Origin: Enoplolaimus lenunculus
Lineage: Eukaryota
Assembly (NCBI GenBank): GCA_030248215.1
Contig: JASANG010000957.1
Coordinates: 248,001 to 312,000, forward strand
DNA length: 64,000 nucleotides
Reading direction: 5' to 3'
Part shown: one piece after another, positions 58,766 through 64,000 of the stretch
Layout of the letters: the number at the start of each line of letters is the position of its first letter
Position numbering within the stretch: the first letter of the stretch is position 1
The notes under the pieces: generated by a model
What the model saw: only the letters and a program-made list of their open reading frames with translations
Database searches by the model: none
Told to the model about the DNA's origin: nothing
Made by a program: the position numbers and the translations under genes

Positions 58766-61700
58766 ATAAATGCTATACACATTAAAAAGTTCGACCTTAG
58801 CAAGTGACATGTTTGTTGGCACATGAGAATATAAAATTGGGCTCAGAAAGCCTATGTTTATGTATCTACTATTAGAAAATACAATGAAAATCTCTCAAAA
58901 CTGCAATTCACTGTGCGAGGCCCGTAGCCAGCTCACCACAACGATTGTCGTTGACTTACAAGCAAGGTTGATACTTTTCTAAGGGTGCCAAATTTTTTCA
59001 AGTGTGGGATGAACCTCCCACCCCACTGCCCCCTTTAGCTACGATTGCACTCTGTTTGCCGATACTTTTAAACCTTTTCATCTGTAGCTATGTATTTCAG
59101 ATTTTTCTATAAATTTGATTTCAAATAACCGTTCAGGATAGGAAAATGTACTAAAAACGTTAGCCAGTAGACGATTTACTCACAATACGTTAAAGCATAC
59201 ATTTCAAATATACCCATAAGTTATTTCCACTGTAGTCTATATTCTCATTCGTACCCACGAATTCCAGACACTACAACATCATGATTCAAGACCGCTAACC
59301 GGGGGGGCAAGGGTGGCGAAACGGTACGCTACCGTCGATATTGACCTACCCCACCCTAATCCTTCAACATTTCTACAGCGTTACCAAAGTTGCCCTGACC
59401 CCTGAGAAAATCTTCTTGCCTATTCTGGTAACAATTCCTTAGTTGCGGGTGTGAGCTATGATTTTTTTAAAAATTTCATTTCACTGGGTTGGTACATACA
59501 GAAAGACCGTAATTCTCGCTCCTACGCAATAAAACTCGAATCATAAATGGATTCGTGATTTTAAAATCAATTTTAGTAAATTTGCTCTAATTTTATACGC
59601 TCTGTTAAGCCAATTTTACTAAACACTAAAGCATAAACACAGCATAGTACATTCATATCCGTTTATAACAACCGTTTCTGTATCAGCGCTTTTGATATAA
59701 CGAATAGGTAGCATTAATGGTTTAAGCAGATTGTTTTATAAGGAATAACTTTGGGTTATGTATTATATTATACTCTGTAAAAACGCTCTACTTAAAATAC
59801 TTTAGTTATATTTCACTTTTTTAAGTATAAGTGTGCTAAATATTGAGTAAATCTTTGCTGAAATAATGTAAATAATACTACTGCTGTCATTTGCTGATTT
59901 AAGTACATGTAAAGCTAAGAATTTTGTGTTCGTTTACAAAATTAAGTAAAATTTTGCCAAGCATCATAGTTAAGTAAATTGAGAAAGCAGACAGGCGATA
60001 GGATGCATGATAAGTTGGGTGCACATCCCGCATACATACAAATATCACCATCGGAAGCCATTTGATTCTAAAAAAATTCCCGGGGGTCAAATGGTTCCCG
60101 AAAAAAGTTACCCGTGGGTCATTTTTACTGCAAAAAATGGTGAGCCGCATTGAATCTCCGAAATAGCCTCTGTGGGAATACACCGACTGAGTCAAATTCG
60201 ACTCCGCCAGAGTTAAAGTCGACTCACCGAATCCCACATTTCACTCTGGCGTAGTCGAATTTGACTCAGACTCACCATTTTTTACAGCGTAGACAATATA
60301 TCTAAGAATGAGCTTATACCTAAGCCTAAGCCTAAGCAAAAAAGTTAGTCCATAGATCTTAAGCTTATTCAATTGCAATCCTGCAGAAAAGCGTTCCACC
60401 CTGATATTGACCAATGTAAAGAACAGGCGCGGAACAGTATTATATAAGCATATTCCGAAGCCTAAGCCTAAGCCTAAGCCACGCAAAAAAATTTGTCTAA
60501 AGCATAAGCTTATACTCTATTGTAGCCCCACAGATAAACGTTCCACCCCTGATCTTTACATGGGCCCTGATCTTTATTTATGGACACCATATTTCTAAAC
60601 AACATTTTGTTTTCAATACAAAAAAATTAATATTTTGTTAATTTTTATTTGTAAACAAAATAAACGCAAAAACTCCAATATTCTAAGTTGTTAAAAACTT
60701 CGTAAATATACCTAAACCGTTTATTATACTCTGTAGTGCCGTATCTAAAAGAGCTCACAGATAGGGGCCAATCTTGACCTTCTACCATGGCAAAAAAATA
60801 ATTAACTTTGTGATTACAGATGTACAAAAACCACTGGCCCAAATGTTCAAAAAATATAACACAAAACCACCACCTTCGAATAGGAATTCTTGGTTGACGC
60901 TTAAAACCTGCATTACGATGCCGTAAACCTGGCTTCTGCGGTTTTGGACCAATCTTATTTTATGGTTCACGCCGCTGTTTTCAAGTACCATTCGTTCGAT
61001 TTATGTCACGTTTTAGTGCTCATCGGGTTAGTAAAATTAATACCCATCGTCCAATGCAGATTTCCTGACGCCGATGAAACCAGAAATCAAAAAAATACCA
61101 ACACTGATTTGGGTTCGCCAAAACACTGTGGCCAGACGAACAGTCGTAGAACGGGAAATTTTTGACGAACGATGCAGAGGGTATTTTTTAAACCGATGCC
61201 CTGAGAAGGTACTGTAAATTTTATTTAGAAATAAACTGAAACAATACGTCAAACCGGTGTATATCGCTAAAGATGACGCACGTCGATGCTAAATCTGGAG
61301 CCAAAAAGATACTAAAATCACTCAAATGTTTTATACTAAAGTATATATTGCATCAAGACTGAACAACACACTATAAAAGCATAATGTTCACACCGCAAAA
61401 ATGTCACATATCAAATGATAGCGTCTACCAGCTGACAGACCACAAAATTTGTTGGTTTTAGTTTTGGAAAAATTGGGTGTAAATGGATCATAAAAGGTCA
61501 TAAGAAGCTCAAATATGCAAAAATGTCAAAATCGAACAACGATTTTTGGCCGAACGTCGGCTGTAAGGGGAATAACTGAAAATATCCTGAGACATCCATG
61601 ACCCTAATATTTGGGAGCCGCTGAAGGAAATACAGCTACGAATTGAACTTTATAATATTAGCTGGTAATAGGCTATAATTCAGGCTTAAAGTTGGGTTAA

Positions 61701-61900
61701 CCTTTTAATTTGTTGCACAAAACTTATTTTGCACCTGGTGGTGTTCGAATTTTAGTTATCATTTTTACAGCGCAAAGCATTCAGCTGCTTAGATCAGCTG
61801 ATCGCTGCTGCTGATTGGTGCTATACTGCGGTCTTACAGCAGCCGGCCGACGCCGCGAGTTGAAACGATACTGTTTACAAATTAGGCGTTGAACGCGGTA

Positions 61901-62340
61901 CTGTATTGACCCTAACAAGAAGGGGGAGGGGTAATAAGAGGGGGATCCCCATTGGAGTCCGAATCAATTCGAGTCCGTATCCCTAATAAGAGTTCGTAAG
62001 CGATAGTGTCCCTAAACCATAGTTAGAGTCCATAAATGTCAAAAAACCCTAATTGTAGCGCGTAAATAACTCCAGGACCAAATAATTTGAGTTCGAAACT
62101 TTAAAGCGTACTTAAATTTTGAAAGTACATTCCTAAGTATAACCTTGTATTATCGCTCAGCTATTGACACAAGACAAACGTTTATTCAACGGATAATTGC
62201 AGTACCGGATATATCAGTAACGAAGGGCGGCGGAGCGTGGGTTAAAAGTAAATAACAGTCTGTAACCGAATAACAAGCCGAGGTACCCTCTGGAGAAGCC
62301 AAATAAAAATCAGTCCCCCCTCTTATTCGGGTCACTACAG
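61901..62340. mobile_element. TA-flanked Tc2/pogo-like MITE
   Basis: TA|CTGTATTGACCC...CTTATTCGGGTCACTACAG|TA. Confidence 0.8.
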
Positions 62341-62417
62341 TAACTATTCAGTCCCGTAGCCAGATCACCTCGATAGGTGCTAAATATTTTTCAGGAGGCG
62401 CATACAAGGGGTTTTGA

Positions 62418-62972
62418 TGAACGTTTTTCTGTGGGACTGCAATAGAGTAAAACTTAAGCTTTAGACTAACTTTTTGCTTGGCTTAGGTTTAGGCTTAGGC
62501 TTAGGCTTACGCTTAGGCCTAGGATTATGCTCATTCATACGCTTAGGCTTATGCTTAGGCTTAGGCCTAGGATTATGCTCATTCATACGCTTAGGCTTAT
62601 GCTTAGGCTTAGGCCTAGGATTATGCTCATTCATACGCTTAGGCTTATGCTTAGGCTTAGGCCTAGGATTATGCTCATTCATACGCTTAGGCTTATGCTT
62701 AGGCTTAGGCCTAGGATTATGCTCATTCATACGCTTAGGCTTATGCTTACGCTTAGGCCTAGGATTATGCTCATTCATACGCTTAGGCTTATGCTTAGGC
62801 TTAGGCCTAGGATTATGCTCATTCATACGCTTATGCTTAATAGGCTTAGGCTTAGGCTTAGGCTTAGGAATATGCTCATTCTTACGGTTACGCTTAGGCT
62901 TAGGCTTAGGCTTAGGCTTACGCTTCGGAATATGCTTATAATACTGTTCCACCCCTGTTCTTTACATTGGCC
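62418..62972. mobile_element. TTAGGC-cargo MITE, subfamily A (left end lost), with a 48-bp tandem expansion
   Basis: About 7 copies of TTAGGCTTATGCTTAGGCTTAGGCCTAGGATTATGCTCATTCATACGC; right TIR ...CCTGTTCTTTACATTGGCC. Confidence 0.85.
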
Positions 62973-63466
62973 ATGCAAAATCGTCTCATAATTTCCGTTT
63001 ATACTGGCAAACAGACACGAGACAAATTTATCATGGCTTATAGGCAATTAATCACCAGTTTAGTTCATCGTATCCGGTTATCTGTACTCTTTTATATTCG
63101 GTCGTTTCCAGAAAACGCAAGACAAAACAAACAAATTCGTAAGCCTTTCAGCTCGAGGAAACATTTGGATTCCTGGAAATCGCTTTATGTTTCGGCTCGA
63201 AATTTAATTCATTATGACAAACCAAATATTTCAGGCTTAGAGTAAAAAACTACAAGCATCCGTAACAGAATTTAGGGTCCATATTATCAAATGTGATTAG
63301 CACCAATCACCAGTTGGTGATAGGTTATGTAACTTTCGAAACTGTGGATGCCGAGGATCAAAATTCAGCACATTTTTCGCATACGATTTGAACTGGTCAT
63401 GTACCAATTTTGAGTTCAACAACTGCAACTGTTAGTGACTTTGAAAACCTAACTCATGATCGTTGC

Positions 63467-63669
63467 TGCCAATGTGAAGCATAGGAACGGAACAGTATTA
63501 TAAGACTATTCCTAAGCCTAAGCCTAAACCTAAGCCTAAGCGTAACAATATGGATATTCCTAGGCCCAAGCCTAAGCCTAAACAAAGCAAAAAAATTTAG
63601 TCAAAAGCTTAAGCTTACTCTATTGCAGTCCCGTAGAACAACGTTCCGCCGCTGATCTTTACATGGGCC
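63467..63669. mobile_element. TTAGGC-cargo MITE, subfamily A, nested in a TATTCTCAAATG-TIR element (~63275-63703)
   Basis: Perfect TSD ATCGTTGC. Confidence 0.85.
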
Positions 63670-64000
63670 ATCGTTGCTATATACACATTTGAGAATATAG
63701 GCCAAGAAACTAGAAAAGCGTTTAAAATAGTGTTTTTGCTTTTATACACATTTCATTAGCATTTCGTTTTAGCATCACTCAAAATGTGGTGAGTGTATTC
63801 TAAAATATTGATGCAATATTGATCTGACACCGTAATACCATTGTTCGCAAACTTAAACCTAAAATTTCGATATATGCATGCCAACATTTCAAAACTCGGG
63901 CAATTGATCGACCCACACGTCGTCATCGGACATCTCATAAATCCGACAATTACTCGACCACGACTAGGCTTAGGCTTAACTTTGGTTATGCTCAAGCTTT

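Overview
Eukaryotic genomic DNA, most likely a nematode (inferred from TTTCAG/TTTTAG splice acceptors and abundant TTAGGC, the nematode telomeric hexamer). Two large intron-containing genes face each other tail to tail. On + is a 9-exon small-conductance Ca2+-activated K+ channel (SK/KCNN, nematode kcnl-type; 6697-19242, 1257 aa if translation starts at 6697) with an ~850-aa low-complexity N-terminus. On - is a PDZRN3/PDZRN4/PDZD4 (Drosophila Slip1)-family PDZ scaffold (stop at 22169, exons traced to 33060 and tentatively 42475, 5' end unresolved). Most of the rest is a dense, nested mosaic of short non-autonomous DNA transposons. The dominant family (~40 copies or fragments counted by eye) has GGCC termini, 8-bp target-site duplications (TSDs) and an internal cargo of telomere-like TTAGGC repeats that re-expands into satellites in some copies. 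Also present are CACTG-, Tourist-, Tc2/pogo-, hAT- and piggyBac-like MITEs, a Helentron-like fragment, tRNA-derived Pol III promoter remnants and several minisatellites. Three local duplications copied splice sites, creating decoy sites that lead straight to stop codons. All calls were made by reading the sequence; no database searches were run.
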